A DNA stretch of 63,028 bases, the filler included, from Atractiella rhizophila (lineage: Eukaryota): assembly GCA_021432655.1 (NCBI GenBank). It is 24 parts of 24 records of this genome, joined end to end, with 100 filler letters (N's around TTAATTAATTAA, not from the genome) between each part and the next. Parts side by side here need not be neighbours in the genome. Positions count along the whole stretch, not along the records: positions 23,926 to 26,472 come from MU272664.1; positions 26,573 to 29,112 come from MU272665.1; positions 29,213 to 31,749 come from MU272666.1; positions 31,850 to 34,381 come from MU272667.1; positions 34,482 to 37,012 come from MU272668.1; positions 37,113 to 39,640 come from MU272669.1; 18 more parts are not named here. One strand, written 5' to 3'. The notes under the pieces are model-generated. The model was given only the letters and a program-made list of their open reading frames with translations. It did not search any database and was not told the origin of the DNA. Position numbers and translations under genes: made by a program. Below are positions 24,915-38,787 of this stretch, one piece after another (position 1 is the stretch's first letter; each line of letters starts with the position of its first letter).

Positions 24915-27759
24915 GTTGCTTTAATCTATTTTTCGAATCTGCTCTATCGTGGTATTCGTACTGGTCGTCTGCCTCTGTTGCGTTTGAGATCAGGTGAGAT
25001 CTCACCAACAGACTAGGGTTAGGGTATCCCGATGATAACCACCCAATGAAAATACTACCAAGTGATTACAACGAGGATAGCCCATCAGAGAACCCATCCC
25101 TTTCTGCTCCAAAGCCCCAAACGTGCGCCGAAGAACAGAATTCATTGCTCAGCGGCTTGGAATATGATTTGGCCTGCACACACGTGAGAGCACATCTGGA
25201 AGCTAGTTCAGGGTGGAACAAAGTGCGCGTCTTCATTCAAGCTCGCGAAGATCAAATCTTAGAGTGTGTAACATGCGTGTTATTAGTAGCGCGTGAAATG
25301 CTATGAGTTAACCTTGGACATATCCAGAATTTAAATTAAGCTTTTCAACTCAAAATATTATCAGACAATCCATATGTGAATAACAGAGTGTTGACGCACA
25401 TAAGCATCGTCAAACTTGCTGAGCTCTTACATAGAACTTGTTCGATATATTGCAAAAGTAATGCCTTCTATATGACCATATTTCTGAAAGTTACCATGAA
25501 CCTGCATTTTTCATCACGTTCAATGTAACAGGGCGTGGGCTAGAACACATCCCCCACTTTGAAGTTGATTGGTGGAAGTGAGGCGAAAATAATATTGGTG
25601 GAAATTCCAACCACTCTTGTGGGAAAGGATGCAATCGTGTTCAAAGCGTTATGGCGGGCAGCATGTCTAAGTAATACCCACATAAGTTATGGGAGGGTGG
25701 ATGCGGCCATGTACGAAGGGAGGACGGAGTTGGGGGTTACTTACTAAAGACAAACCCGGAGAAACAGCGCGTTGTTCAATATCTATGTATCAGTCACGTT
25801 TGTTCAAGTTGGTACTTCCTATGACTTGTTCTCCAAGACTGCCCTGTTCGATTTTCAAACATAGGTCCCACCTTTTACGTTACGAGACGTGATATGTTGT
25901 TCAATTCAACGCTCAGCAATTTCTAATCGAAGGGTAACATTGAGCTGACCGCTAATAGAAGACTGCAGGTTGTAAGCTCGCACTGCCAATAAACTTTCTC
26001 CAAATGTTTTTCCCCGGAGAGAGAGATCATCTTGCTTCACAGATCAGACGGACACTGATGCCCTCGACGACCAAACTGGTGAAGGTACATGCAATACTCA
26101 CAGCGAAAGATTTCTAATCAACCGCCGATGAAAACGGATAATATTGACACCAAGTCTCTCAGAGCCGTCTCAGTGCTTCGAGCCTCGCGGAAGAGATCAA
26201 TAGCCTTTGGGTAACATTGTCAAGCTCCACATAAGAATATTCCCTTGGCCCTTTCAAACGGTTCATGTTTGTTTGAGCAAAGGTTGGTGAAGGAACGGGC
26301 GACAAGGGTTTTCCTGACGGAGACCGCCTAATCTTGACCCTCTATCGGATAACTCCCTCTTTTTGCACATCGTCATTAAAGCCGAAAGGGAGGTGATCAC
26401 GAAATCCTTAGTCATCATGCTCCTCCACAATCAACGTTCAATTCCTCTCGGCCATTGTTTCTAACATAAAGTNNNNNNNNNNNNNNNNNNNNNNNNNNNN
26501 NNNNNNNNNNNNNNNNTTAATTAATTAANNNNNNNNNNNNNNNNNNNNNNNNNNNNNNNNNNNNNNNNNNNNTCCCAACATCTGCAGCATCTCGACCATC
26601 TTCTAATGCATCGCCAAGTCCAGCATAAGACTCAGTTCGGAGAAGTTCTTGATTGTACCTCAGGAACTTCAATCATCCATACATGTAGTTCTCTAGCAAA
26701 CTGGTATCTGTTGATTCCAAGGGTCTAAAGGAATGAATTACGATGAGGTTATAATGGGCTTTTTATACCTTAAGGAACTCGGCAAAATGAGAGAAACGGC
26801 AAAGGGGAAGGAAAACTAGAGCCACAAATGACAGTGGCACGAATGCAGCTTAAAACGATGCCAAACTCTGACAGTATCCATAGGTTATCAAAGGTATTTG
26901 AGCCTATAACTATATAAATAGAAGAGACACTGCCGTAACTTGATAACAATCATGTCAAATACCCTTCCCACATCTGTTCTACCTACCGAAATGCATGGTA
27001 TAAAGAAGAATGGCCAGAATGGTACCTATCTTCTATCCGTTTACAGTGACAATGTTATTGCCAATGATCATTGGCGCTTATAGGTCAAACCTGCCTAAGA
27101 CAGGCATTACAGGAGGACCAGATTTTGCTGATGGAGTTACGAGCGTATGGTCCTGGGGCTGGTGAGACTGATTATGCATCAAGCAAGGGACCAGGATACT
27201 AGACCATCCTTTCGCTCAATGATGTATGACACATCCCTTCCTTCCCTGTCTTGCTGATTGTGATATTGATGTCACCACACAGCAATATCAGGATATATTA
27301 ATCCATCTCCCATGGGAGCTCACAAATTTACAAATAGCAAATCAGTCTCTGTTCTTCATTGGCAAAAACGTACGTTCTTCATTATCTGTTATGGAATGCA
27401 ACCCTGATAGCTATCACAGACAGATCTCAATACACGGTTCTTGCTTTACTCAAGCAGTCACCCTCTCACCCTGAGATTCAACCCGGTAATATATAAAATC
27501 AGAATGACGCAAATAACGAGACGAGTAAGAAACCAAACCACAGCTAATACCCGCAAATTTAGACTTCATAGCTGTGTACAGTTGACAAGTTCAAAACAGT
27601 CTCCCCTTTCTTCTCACTAAACAAATGGTGAGAATGCACCCTGATATCTTCGAGCTGTACGGCCGGTTCTATGACATCTGCTTGCTGCAGAGACACCTCA
27701 GTAACCTTCGCCTTTTCAGATCAGAGTGCGTTAATACAGAGATGAGGGAAAAACGAACA

Positions 27760-29112
27760 AAAATTTGGTCAAACTGGGCTCTTGAGCGTTCTCGTGACGA
27801 TTGGGCGTTCCTTCGCTCATGACTTGCTGCAGGGAGTTTGGTGGCAAAGGCGGCTTCGTACAGAACGAGTGCCGCTGTCACGTACAGCTATATATATTCC
27901 TTTCCCCATCAGCTACCAGTATGACACAGAAAGGACTGATTCGACCTTTGCAATGAAATATCCAAACGCTCCCCATAGTCCTGTACGCTTCATGCCATCA
28001 TCAGTTGTTTGGTGCCTGAAAAGAGGACGACAAACTGGTTTCAATATAATAAGCAGCAGTTGCATCATCTAATATCTGTAAGTTTCTATCACTCCAGCGG
28101 CGCGCCAACCCACCTGTGTTATTGTTGGGATGAGTCCAGTTTCAAGGGTCAGCTTGCTAAAGTTCATTGAGCGACGAGATTAGCCAACATAAAGCTGGAA
28201 GCCTTACATGAACTATTCATGGGTTGATCAGTTGATAACTTAGTGTCAAAGGGGGACACACTCTTGTGGCCATGAAACCGGTCTTTTGGAAATCAGATTT
28301 CGTTTTGTGTTGCTGGAGATGATAAACCATGCAAGCGCAGAGGATCACATCCACCGCCGTAGCACCTAACAATCACACTCAAAAGTTTCTATGAGGAATG
28401 GAAAAAGGGGACTTACAGCCCAGAGCTAGGATCGCTGGAAGGATCAGATGTGGGAAGAAATCGGCAATAGGTCCTGATCCAACGGTGGCACCAATGATGA
28501 AGCCAACGAGCTGTTACAGGTCTTAAGCTCCGTTTCTGCATCTGTACGGATGGAGGATTTACTGATGCGATTATCAACGCTCCAGCCACACAGAGACACC
28601 TTTTCCCCCAGTTCAAATTCTACCAAAGGGTGGGCACATCTTACACATATGTAATGAACTTTGCCACCTGATGAGACGGGTTAAACTTCTCTATACCCCT
28701 TGATGAAAGTTGTCAGCCTCCAGAGGTGTGCCGTACCCAAAGTGACGTACCGAATAATTCGCAGGATGCGGTAGATGTAGAGCAATTGAACGGCTACCGT
28801 GAGAATGCCTTGAAATATTGTGGATGGGACTATTGAACGAGAGAGCTTTGAGAAAGTCCACAATATTGGACAGTCAAGAAAGCTGACTGGTTGAGCGAGT
28901 GATAGGTATGAAAAACAGGTGCGGCCCATCAAGAGCAACACTCTGCATGTAGCTGGTGTAAAAAACGGTCTTGTTTACGCTGCTCCTAGCTTCAAGAGTC
29001 TGGGAGACGGGGAAGCGAACACGGACGTGTCTCCAAAACTGATCCAGAACAGGGCCATCAGTATCCACCAAGATGTGGAGTACGAAGTCCCGCGGTCATG
29101 CATGAGCTTGAA
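27760..29112 (-). CDS. DUF6534-like fungal multi-pass membrane protein (5' truncated, many exons)
   Basis: Exon fragments IFQGILTVAVQLLYIYRI, AVDVILCACMVYHLQQHK, GLIPTITQ, TGLWGAFGYFIAK. 3' end approximate. Confidence 0.6.
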
Positions 29113-29330
29113 NNNNNNNNNNNNNNNNNNNNNNNNNNNNNNNNNNNNNNNNNNNNTTAATTAATTAANNNNNNNNNNNNNNNNNNNNNNNNNNNNNNNN
29201 NNNNNNNNNNNNGAGCAGCTGGCATGAGCTATAAGTTAGCATAGGATTGATGCAACAACAGTCTTGATGTGTTGATAATAGAGGTGGGATGGATGTTGTA
29301 GAGCGAGTCATCTTCAAGATTATTGGGATA

Positions 29331-31741
29331 TCAACTAGTCTTTGCGAATTTCGAGGCCGCTCGTATCCTTGTTTGGCAAATTCTCAGTTCCCTGAGGGAC
29401 AGAAAATGTGAAAAGCGTACCGTTTTCCATAGAAGTATATTAACGGCACGGCAGGACATCCCACCACGATGGCAAAACCAGCTAGAATAGTGTTCCCTAC
29501 ATAGACTGGCGCGTCAGGCAATGCTCTGATTCAAACATCAAAGGAGGATACTCACCCCAGCCGTAGCCTACAGCGTCGTACATGTTGCTCGCGAAGAGAG
29601 GAAAGGCGAAACCGCACAAGGACCTGAAAAAGGTCACTGCCGCGAGGGCGGAGGCGGCGTAGAGGGTGAAGGAGTCGACGAGGTAGCCGATGATGCATTG
29701 GAAGTTGCCAATCATGCCTTTAATCTCTCGGTTAGATGAACGGTGATGAAATATGGGGAGACTCACCCCAGGCTATGAAAGCTAGACCGATGTCGCAGAC
29801 TATCCAATGCCATTTTTTCTGAAAATTCATGTTTAAGCTGCAAAATGGATGATGGAGACCACACTCACCTCCGCCGCCCATCCAAAAAGTAGTAAGCCTA
29901 GTGGAAGGACGATCGTAGCGGGTACCATGATAGGCACTAGGTGTTGAAAATCCCAGTCGTCAAGAACAAAGACGAAATTGCGAGAGGGGATGGCTCACGT
30001 CGCATCTCTGGCTCACCCTTTCCTCCATTTCGCTTTTTGAGGTATGCATAAAGTGGGTCCATGATCCGCGCTTGAATTTGTGCAATTCCACTGTATAACC
30101 ATTCGATATGTCAGCCACAGCCATTAAGGCAAGGAGAAACGTGCGTGAAGCCGATGGCTAAGGAGAGGTAGTTTAAGCCTGCTATCCCTACAGATTCTCC
30201 GTACGTCACACGAAAGATTCCGGTGATTGTCGTAAGTACCAGATAAATGACACCTGTTGAAACTATGAGCTATCACTCGCGGCTGGATCGAATAAGGCCA
30301 ACCATAGATGAAAGCCATATACACGCTCCAAGTTACAATAATCGGCTCCCTAAAGCGTTTCTTTGTGTAAGTTGTCAATAAAACCGACGGACAAATTACT
30401 GACTTGAAGAACAATTCGAACGGACGGATGAGAGACTTGGACATCAACTCCGTCCAATTGACTCTTACCGAATTCTTCGTCTGAAACACCGTGCGGACCA
30501 TTGGCGAATCAGGCGGCAAGTTCATGCTCTTCCGCAAGACTGCTGCTCGCTGATTGAGGAGGACAGGTGCGCTAACCTTGGCGTGAGCGGAAGTCTGGCA
30601 TTCTGGGAAATTGGGTAGGAACTCACTAGGTCTCCGTGAGGAAGAACAAGCCGAGAAATTGGACGACTGCAGTAAGGATGCTCGTTGACCAAAATACCCT
30701 ATTCGCTCTTGCTCAGCGGCGCCTTTAAGAATGGACGAACTGAATACCATTTATACGTTGACTCCTCAGCGATCCACGCACCACAAACTGGACCAATGGT
30801 TGGTCCTAGTAACGGTCCAAGCGAGTAAAGGCCCATAGCTACGCCTCTCTCTTCAGGCAGCCAGACGTCGGATATCAATCCACCTCCAATCTAGCAATTC
30901 AACTCAGTCATGCGCTTGATGCAGAAGGGTGGTGGTAAGAAACCCACAGCCAAAGGAGCGCTGCCTCCCAGACCTGATAAGAAGCGGAACGCAATGAATG
31001 CGCCTTTATTCGGTGCCCAAGCACAAGCAAGATTGAAGACTGTTTCGATCGTCAAAGCTCGTTCTCATCGTTTGCTTAGGACATGGCGTACCAAAGAAGA
31101 AGCCGTTTGTAAGCTGTAACACCCGTGAACGTCCATAAACCTCGCTCAATGGCCCAAGTAAGAGCGGTCCAAATGCGTAGGCCCTATTACGCGACTTTTC
31201 AGGTCCAGTCTAGGAACAGGAGATATCAAGCTCACAGAACAAAGACGCTGACAGTCAATGCGAGCTCTGTTGAGTTTGTGATTCCGAATTTCACCCCGAT
31301 CTGGCCAACGGCGGGTGCCATCATGCTGCTTGCAACGGGAGAGATGAATGTGAACGCAGAGGTGATGGCTGTTGCACCCCACTTCTTGTTGAACCTCCAC
31401 TGCTTGGGATTTCCAGGATCATATGGCTTTGCCCACTTCACAAAATCACTTCAGGTCGAACAGGTTCAAGAAGGAAATCAAAGACGAACGAGAACGACTG
31501 TAGCTCCAGATTTCAGGCGAATCGTGCCATCGTGTTTCTCAGGCTCCACCAAACGATCTTCATCCTCGTCCTTCTCGTTACCTAACCCCTTCTTCGCCTC
31601 CTTCACCTCCGTATCTTCTTCTTCCCGTTCCTCCTCTTCTCGTTCATTCTTCTCGAGATCCCGTTTCTCCAACTCGTCACTGTTATGTGTTGGTTCCTTC
31701 GACTCGACCAGTGTTTTCGTCGTATCATTCAGCGAAGCCAT
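29331..31741 (-). CDS. MFS transporter, DHA1 (drug:H+ antiporter) family, multi-exon
   Basis: DPGNPKQW...KKW, LSEVYGR, FRFLSGLGGSAP, GLYSLGPLLGPTIGP, PE..APVLL, RPFELF.EPI, PEMR, YLVDSFTLYAASALAA..RSL.GFAFPLF; stop 29331-29333. Confidence 0.95.
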
Positions 31742-32237
31742 CTTCAGCANNNNNNNNNNNNNNNNNNNNNNNNNNNNNNNNNNNNNNNNNNNNTTAATTA
31801 ATTAANNNNNNNNNNNNNNNNNNNNNNNNNNNNNNNNNNNNNNNNNNNNTCCAAGTGGGAGAAGTGGTCGATTTGTCATGCATAGCTTGCAGGATTCACT
31901 AATCGAGCGCTCTTTCTATAAGAGTTACAGTAATGCAGTTGCTTTCAACATCGCCCGCACATTGTTGGTGCCAGTCGACCAAAGACAACAATGCTTGACA
32001 TCACTTTTTTGCTTCGCTCTTCTCTTTCTAGGTTTCAGACGACCATGGCTCGCAAAAGTTCAGGATGACAACATGCACTCTGGCTACTCTGCTGAAATCA
32101 TATACCTTATTGAACAATTGATGAGATGAGTGACCGAGGTCTTAGAAGATGCCGATTCCTGCTGTTGATCCCATTATAAGGCTCCACGTCTGAGCGACCC
32201 TGCTCTGAGGACTCGGAGACAAAATATCTTGAGAATC

Positions 32238-33229
32238 ATGAAGCTCATCATAACTGGAGCTACTGGGCTCACTGGAAGCGAGGTAGATACGTTCAATTCT
32301 CCCTTCTTACCAGACCTGACCAGTTGGAGGTGTTACGACAAGCTCTACTCTCTAGCCTGGTCACTCAAGTCACCGTACTATCCAGGCGACCAATCGATGG
32401 TCTGCGAGCCGTCGACGTTTCTTCTCCAAAGCTGAACGTAAGCATTTCTCACACTTTCTCATTGGCACCTGGCTGAGAAAGGAATTAGGTCATCCTGCAC
32501 TCTGACTTTCTCACATATCCGCCTTCGCTTAATCCCGCGCTCCAGGATCACGACGCCTGTATCTGGGCACTTGGACCCTCAAGCAATGGTATATCGAATG
32601 AAGAATATGTCAAAGCGACGCACGATTACGCTGTCGAGGCTGCGAGATACTTGTCGAGTCTGGCGGAGAACCGTGCTCAGAAGTTCAACTTTGTCTTTGT
32701 GAGCGCTCAAGGAGCGAAGCCGGACGAAAATACACGCATAAAGTACGAGAAGATCAAAGTCTGCATTTTCCTTTCCTTTTCCCGTCACTCCAACGTTGGA
32801 TGCGCTAACAACCAGCTTATCCAGGGTCGCACGGAGAAATCTCTCCATGCCATCAGCTCCACAGGACTCTCCATCTTCCCCTTTCGTCCACCAACCATCT
32901 TTCCCTACCTCCCATTCTCCAGTTACACCCTTACCGAAAAGCTGAAAAAGACGGTGACGACTCTTGCGAAGCCTTTCGTCAGTGATTTCGAGATAAGGGC
33001 GGATGTCCTCGCAAAGGGATTGTTCATGGCCGCCTACTCTGGGCAGCGGGAAGCGGAGGGAGAGGGAATCGAGGTGCCTGAGATACATAAACTGGCGACC
33101 AAATGGGATGAGATAGTGCGTCGCTTCAAGTTTCCATGCTTGTACGATCCCTTACTCATGGGGAAACTCAGAACCAGAAGTCATTTGCGAGGGTGGAGCT
33201 TTGATTTACTGCCCCGACAGTTATACTGA
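32238..33229 (+). CDS. NAD(P)-binding Rossmann-fold protein (Fmp52/TIP30-like atypical SDR)
   Basis: MKLIITGATGLTGSE/VL, VTVLSRR, DACIWALG, FVFVSAQGA, YEKIK/GRTE, FRP. Confidence 0.88.
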
Positions 33230-33754
33230 GGCAATGCTCAATCAAACTTGTTATTCCGCCGCACCCAGTTGATTCTGAAATGTTGGAACAATGTCAATGA
33301 GTCCTTTTTCACAGACGATAAAAGCAAATATCTGGCTGACAACGGCGCCTTCGGTAATTTCTTGAACTGAAAAGATTGAGAAGTATGGGAGTGGTCTTTC
33401 GACATAATCAGATACAAAGACAGGTAGCGTGTGAGAAACGCAGGAAAGAATATCACGTAGGAAGAGAAAGCGCGAACACTGATAAGGACTGAAAGAAGAG
33501 GTGGAGGCTCCGCAAACAGCGGGAGGGAGGGGAGAGTGCTGACTGAGGTTCCGGTATATCACATTTGAAGCATCTAGTCGTATTATCAATATGTAAATTT
33601 GCAATGCGGGGAGAAGACAAACCGTCACAAGTCATGACAATCCCCATCCTGCAGAAAAGCAAAAAAAATCGAAGGAGACGCCGAACAAGAATGGGAAGAG
33701 ATTGTGAGGCATGAATCAGTTGCTAGTCGGTTCGTTATATTCGACACAGATGGG

Positions 33755-34381
33755 TTAATTGGAAGGTTCGTCATTGGAATGGAGGTGTTGATCCACCGAA
33801 ATATCCTCGTCATCCGAATCCCTCTCTCTGTTCGCCGCAGCGTTAGGAGGGAGGCCGTTCATTGACGTGTCCGTTTCTTGTTTCAACACTGGTAAATCAG
33901 TGGAATGAACCGGTTTTTGTATCGTAGCTTGTGGGCGGACGGCATCGTAGGCTTGCTGGACGATGAAAGGGTCGAGAGGAGGATCATCGCGAACGGAGGA
34001 TGGGGAGTAAAGGGTGCGCAGCTCTGCAAATTCGGGGAGATATTGTTGTTTCGGTTGATGGTGAAGAGGTTGAGGATGGCTCGGGCCGGCGGCGTCAGGA
34101 GGATAGTAGGCGGTATGATGACGGGGGTGGGCTGCTTCTGAACGTGTGGAACTGGAAGGCCCGGCGTATGAAGCGTTGAAATGACCCCCGCCTTCTCCTC
34201 CCCCTTCCCCTCGCATGGCTGAACTCGAAGGTCCCGCCGTACTATATTGCCATTGATTCATGACCATTGCAGCTTGATGCACCTCCTGATGGTTTCCTCC
34301 GCCATTCCCATTTGTTCCTCCACCACTCGAGCTTGGCGTCACAGGGGTAATAACCGTCGAAACAGGAGGAGGAATGTCGGT
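33755..34381 (-). CDS. C-terminal low-complexity part of an unknown (possibly regulatory) protein
   Basis: Open from the gap to stop 33755; rich in G/H/Q/P. Confidence 0.6.
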   Translation of the reverse strand, partial: TDIPPPVSTVITPVTPSSSGGGTNGNGGGNHQEVHQAAMVMNQWQYSTAGPSSSAMRGEGGGEGGGHFNASYAGPSSSTRSEAAHPRHHTAYYPPDAAGPSHPQPLHHQPKQQYLPEFAELRTLYSPSSVRDDPPLDPFIVQQAYDAVRPQATIQKPVHSTDLPVLKQETDTSMNGLPPNAAANRERDSDDEDISVDQHLHSNDEPSN

Positions 34382-34481
34382 NNNNNNNNNNNNNNNNNNN
34401 NNNNNNNNNNNNNNNNNNNNNNNNNTTAATTAATTAANNNNNNNNNNNNNNNNNNNNNNNNNNNNNNNNNNNNNNNNNNNN

Positions 34482-35222
34482 CAATAAGTCTCCCATTTCA
34501 GAGAATGACAAAGCGTCACCTCATCCTCTGTCTCTAAACGTCCGCCTTGAAACACCATATCCGGATCCAAACTTTTTTTTGCGAGTAGAGAGGGATTAAT
34601 TCGTGTCTTTTGCTTCAATGCATTCTTGGTATAGGGCCAATAGCCGCGGCGGACTTCGCAGGGTGTGAAATGGTGAGAAGGGAGAGAGGTAAGCCAGTCT
34701 TTGGTTGCCTTTCGCACAATTTCCAAGTTTAGCTTCTCTCGCGAAGATGTAAAATCTGACAGCTCACAGCGACTTCCCGTAGCGCTGGATCCAGTGCAAG
34801 CCCTCGTTGGACGCGTGACAAGGGAGACATGAATGGTGTCTCGTCATCCGCTGGAGGTGCATCATTCGTACGCTCCCTAAGCGTCGCACAACGCAGTGAA
34901 CCCGTTGCAGAGGATATATGAAAGCATGCATACGTATAAAGCAGTTGTACAAGCATCCAAACCTCCAACTCGCCAATCCACCAATCTTTAGCCTCACTTT
35001 CCTCATTCTCAGCACTATCACCATCACACCAGACATTATAATTCCTTTAAGTACCGTTCCAGAGCGCAGGAGCTGAAGCAGAAAGACAGACCGAGCTCGA
35101 CATTCCTCCACAAACTCTTTCACCAAACCCGTGTCCGGATCGAGAAGGGCAGAGGAGGTTGAACCAGAAGAGCGAGATGCAGAGAGAGAGCGTGCGAAAG
35201 AAAGATATGGGCCTGGATCCAT
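34482..35222 (-). CDS. NUP84: Nucleoporin Nup84/Nup107, N-terminus (3' truncated)
   Basis: W..ELEVW.LVQLLY, DPALRE, DWL....GYWPYTK...SLDPD.....LETEDE. Confidence 0.78.
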
Positions 35223-35418
35223 GCTGGCTATAAACTGTTGCTTTCGAGGCAACTTGTTCTTAGGGATCCCTCCTTGCAGAGCACCTGTCAAAACGCGTGA
35301 ATCCCTAACCCTACTGCGCCACGATGTTTTGGGAGTAAAGAGAGACAGTGGAAGGTCTACGACCTCCATGAGAAGTTGCATAGGAAGCTTCTGGGTAGTG
35401 AAATCGAGAACAACATGA

Positions 35419-37012
35419 TCAGAGGATAAATATCTTTCCCGAACCATCAGCAACCATTTTAGGCCTTCCACTGAATTCGAAAGGGTCACCCTATTTATGT
35501 ACCTAACTCAACACGGGCAGCCTGGAACTTACTTAACGAACTTACCTCGAAAGCCACAAAGTCAGCAAATACACCTTGTTCCAGAACATCATGCTTCGGG
35601 AGGCCCAGCAGATTCTCTAAGTTGCCAGCAGCCCAAGCTACAGCCTGCGCTTTCGAAATCCTGCCTGCAGAAGTCTTGTACGCCCATGCAGCTTCGTAGT
35701 ATTGATGCCTCGCCTTCCAGTTCCACATGTAGGCACCAAACGCCACAGTTGCGTTTTTGAGTGTTAGTTCGACCGGGAGAGAGTTGGGTGATAGAGGTGG
35801 AGCGTCCAAGCTATGGAGGAATCGGTCTTCCGGCTCAAATAGACGATGAGAAAGCGTACCATCTCATGTAATCCCATTCGGCAGGGGAACACCGTGGCAT
35901 AGTAAGGATGACACCAACGCCTGCCTCGACGATTTCTTCAGCTATGAGATGGGCTTCCACTGCGCCAGCAAAAACCATTTTAATCGATCCAGCCCCAACG
36001 GCAGTTTCTACTTCTTTCTTCAGCCGCAAGAGTGAAGCCATGGTATCGCTATGATATACGGTAATGACGAGCGGAATACCACCTCGAGCAGCTTTCATGA
36101 AATACGCTGATTCTCTAGAGAGGAGAAGTTCTCTCAAAGCTCCAATTTGAGTCGAGATACTGGGACCTATATCCCCATCAGCGTTTGGGAGGCAAACAAA
36201 TGAAGTCGCTTGCCGAAGTGTCCAATATTCACATGCAGCGCGACCTCATCCACAACGAAAGCACCTTCTTCAAGACCTGTTGAGAGAAGAGTGAGGCATT
36301 CCCCGAAAGGTACGAGTGACAACACACCGTTCCCAGCGCCGAGTCGAATATGGGTACTGATCCCACTGAAGAATCCATTCGAATCCGGAGCCGTGACAGC
36401 TTTCGTCACTCCTTCACTGACAGAAGTTAGCATATCCTTACCACCCCAACTGATCCCATCCTTCGCCTTGACAGGCACATCGTAGCCAAACATCTCCTTC
36501 AAGGACGACGCCTTCCCGCCAGATACAAGGGGGTCATACACAGTGCCATCGATTGTGCTCTCCTCCATGGCGATATCTTGAAGTCCCATGGGAGTCCCAA
36601 ATGTCGTTGCAGAGGGAAGAATCGAGCCTCTGTGCAAATTGATCCGCGTCAAACCGACATCCAAGGAAGACAGGAGCGCGCCGCCTGAGAATGTGACGCT
36701 GCCATTGCGAACGACGATCACCAACTGATGATCTGGATCCGATGCAGCTTCGAACTGCTGCTCTTCGATGTTCCCGTCAGGGAGACGACGAAAAATGCTA
36801 GATATATTGTACAAGACCAAATCTCCTTCGGTGGTCGTCAATTTGAGTTCAGATTCAGCTGTTGGATGTTCGAAAGAGGCAGAAGGAGGAGCATCCATGG
36901 ATGAGGGTTGGTCTGGGGAGCGCGTGGGATAAGACGGCTCAATTTGAGGGATTCCGTCGATCCAAACCTGCTTCGGTGTCGCTCCAAGGCTATCCCAGTT
37001 CAGTTCAGTCAG
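35419..37012 (-). CDS. Amidohydrolase-superfamily protein, C-terminal part (5' truncated)
   Basis: INLHRGSILP..TTFG.PMGLQDI.ME, GVTKAVTAP, GIPLVI.V..SD, GAVEAHLIA, ADFVAFE/GDPFEF. Confidence 0.8.
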
Positions 37013-37112
37013 NNNNNNNNNNNNNNNNNNNNNNNNNNNNNNNNNNNNNNNNNNNNTTAATTAATTAANNNNNNNNNNNNNNNNNNNNNNNNNNNNNNNN
37101 NNNNNNNNNNNN

Positions 37113-37325
37113 TCTCGTCCACAGCCCGCACGTCCCGCTCGAGCACCATCCGTTGCCGCATCAATGAGAAACTTTTTTGCCCCTCCTGCTCGTGGGAAGG
37201 GTCGACAGAAGAAGAGAGGAGACCAGGGACGGACGCCGGGTTGGTATGGAGTACCAGAGATTCAGGAACCAGAGAGGAGGAGAGATGAGGATTTTGATAG
37301 TTATGAGCCGTTTTTGAGAAGGTAG
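37113..37325 (+). CDS. C-terminal end of an unknown protein
   Basis: Open frame from the gap to TAG (..DEDFDSYEPFLRR*). Confidence 0.4.
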   Translation, partial: SRPQPARPARAPSVAASMRNFFAPPARGKGRQKKRGDQGRTPGWYGVPEIQEPERRRDEDFDSYEPFLRR

Positions 37326-37974
37326 AAGCCGGATTTCCGATTCTTTCGACTTTCAGTTGTGAATAGAGATGGACCTGACATATTTATTTCCATGAGTTAC
37401 ATGAAGCACCAGTTTCAGACGTTTGTTCAGGCAATCTACACCACGGCAATGTGAAGTGGTGTCAGTATATAAACAATTCCTGGCCTTGTTTCGCCTTCGC
37501 AAGGAGTAGTCGTACCCGTCGTTCGACATTGAAAAATATCACACTTTGAACATTCTTCGAACCCGTCTAGCTCAGGCTTCACGAAAATCGACTCGGACGC
37601 ATCTTTTTCGGTTTGCGACTCACTATGTGAGAACCACCTTTACAGAATAGTAGAAAAAAATTGAATCAAACAAACTGCTAAAACCAACAAGGCAGGAACC
37701 CGTGCGTCGTCAGTTGGAGATGGAAAGGTGAATTATCCATCATTCTTGGATTCTTGTGAAGTGCACAATGGGACTGTTCTTTAACCAAAGATGATTCCCT
37801 TTGCAGCAAGTCTCAATGCAAATCCACACGACGAACTGCTACATGTTGATCCTTCCGGCTGGCAGGGAACGGGGATAGACACGCACACAATATGAATTAA
37901 GATGACATAGAACTATGGAGCTCACGTCTTCGCTATGAAATTTGCGACGAAAACACTTTGATAACCCTCATGCT

Positions 37975-38394
37975 TCAAACCTTTACCTCTGCGACATCAG
38001 TCCAAAGCTCCTCCAACAAAGAGGATGGCGACATACCACGCTTATCCAACACCTCTTGAACGCCAGCAACATATTTGCTGAGTTTCACTGGATAAGGAAC
38101 TTTACTTTGATCGTATCCCAGCTCAGCAAACGACTTGTTCGTGAAACCCTGATAAGGCGATCGTCCACACGCGATCACATAAAGGAACTCGTCTGAAGGT
38201 GTGCCCCGTGCGCACGGGAGGGGGATGATGCGGACATTTGGTCCATTCGACACGTCTTGTCTAGCTCGATGAAGGTACCAGAAAGGGTGCTTTCTGCATC
38301 CCTCCCTAGGAACATACGGCCTCTCTTCTTCCAGCATCCTCCCCCAATCTTGGAGCGTCTTGTGGGTGATAATGATGCCGCCATAAACCGGCAT
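37975..38394 (-). CDS. Hypothetical protein (~140 aa)
   Basis: 139-codon ORF with protein-like composition; a short upstream exon is possible. Confidence 0.5.
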   Translation of the reverse strand: MPVYGGIIITHKTLQDWGRMLEEERPYVPREGCRKHPFWYLHRARQDVSNGPNVRIIPLPCARGTPSDEFLYVIACGRSPYQGFTNKSFAELGYDQSKVPYPVKLSKYVAGVQEVLDKRGMSPSSLLEELWTDVAEVKV

Positions 38395-38787
38395 CTACGA
38401 GAGAATCAGTTGCGTCAAATGCACGTAGAATACCTGCCTTCGCTGCGATATTCAAGTCGGCCCCAGATACAGTTGCTTGAGGTTGTTCTTGTTCTTGGTG
38501 GTTGTTTTAGCAGAGTGCCCCGAAATCAAATATTCCAGCAATAATTCAACCTGCAAAGCACCTTGTCGCAAGCCAGTTATCTAAAAATTTACTTCATCAC
38601 CGCGTCGTGGTCGATGGCCAATCGTTGTTTCCCTATTCCATTTTGGTGTTACCTTTTCCTTGGTCACAAAGTTCGATCAATCATTCCGCCCCAAAAGTTC
38701 AATTTCAACGAAAACCTCTGAGCATCTCGTCTCCAGACGCAGGGTTATAGGCTGCATCACCCTCGGTTTTTCCACGCTTCGACCAAC

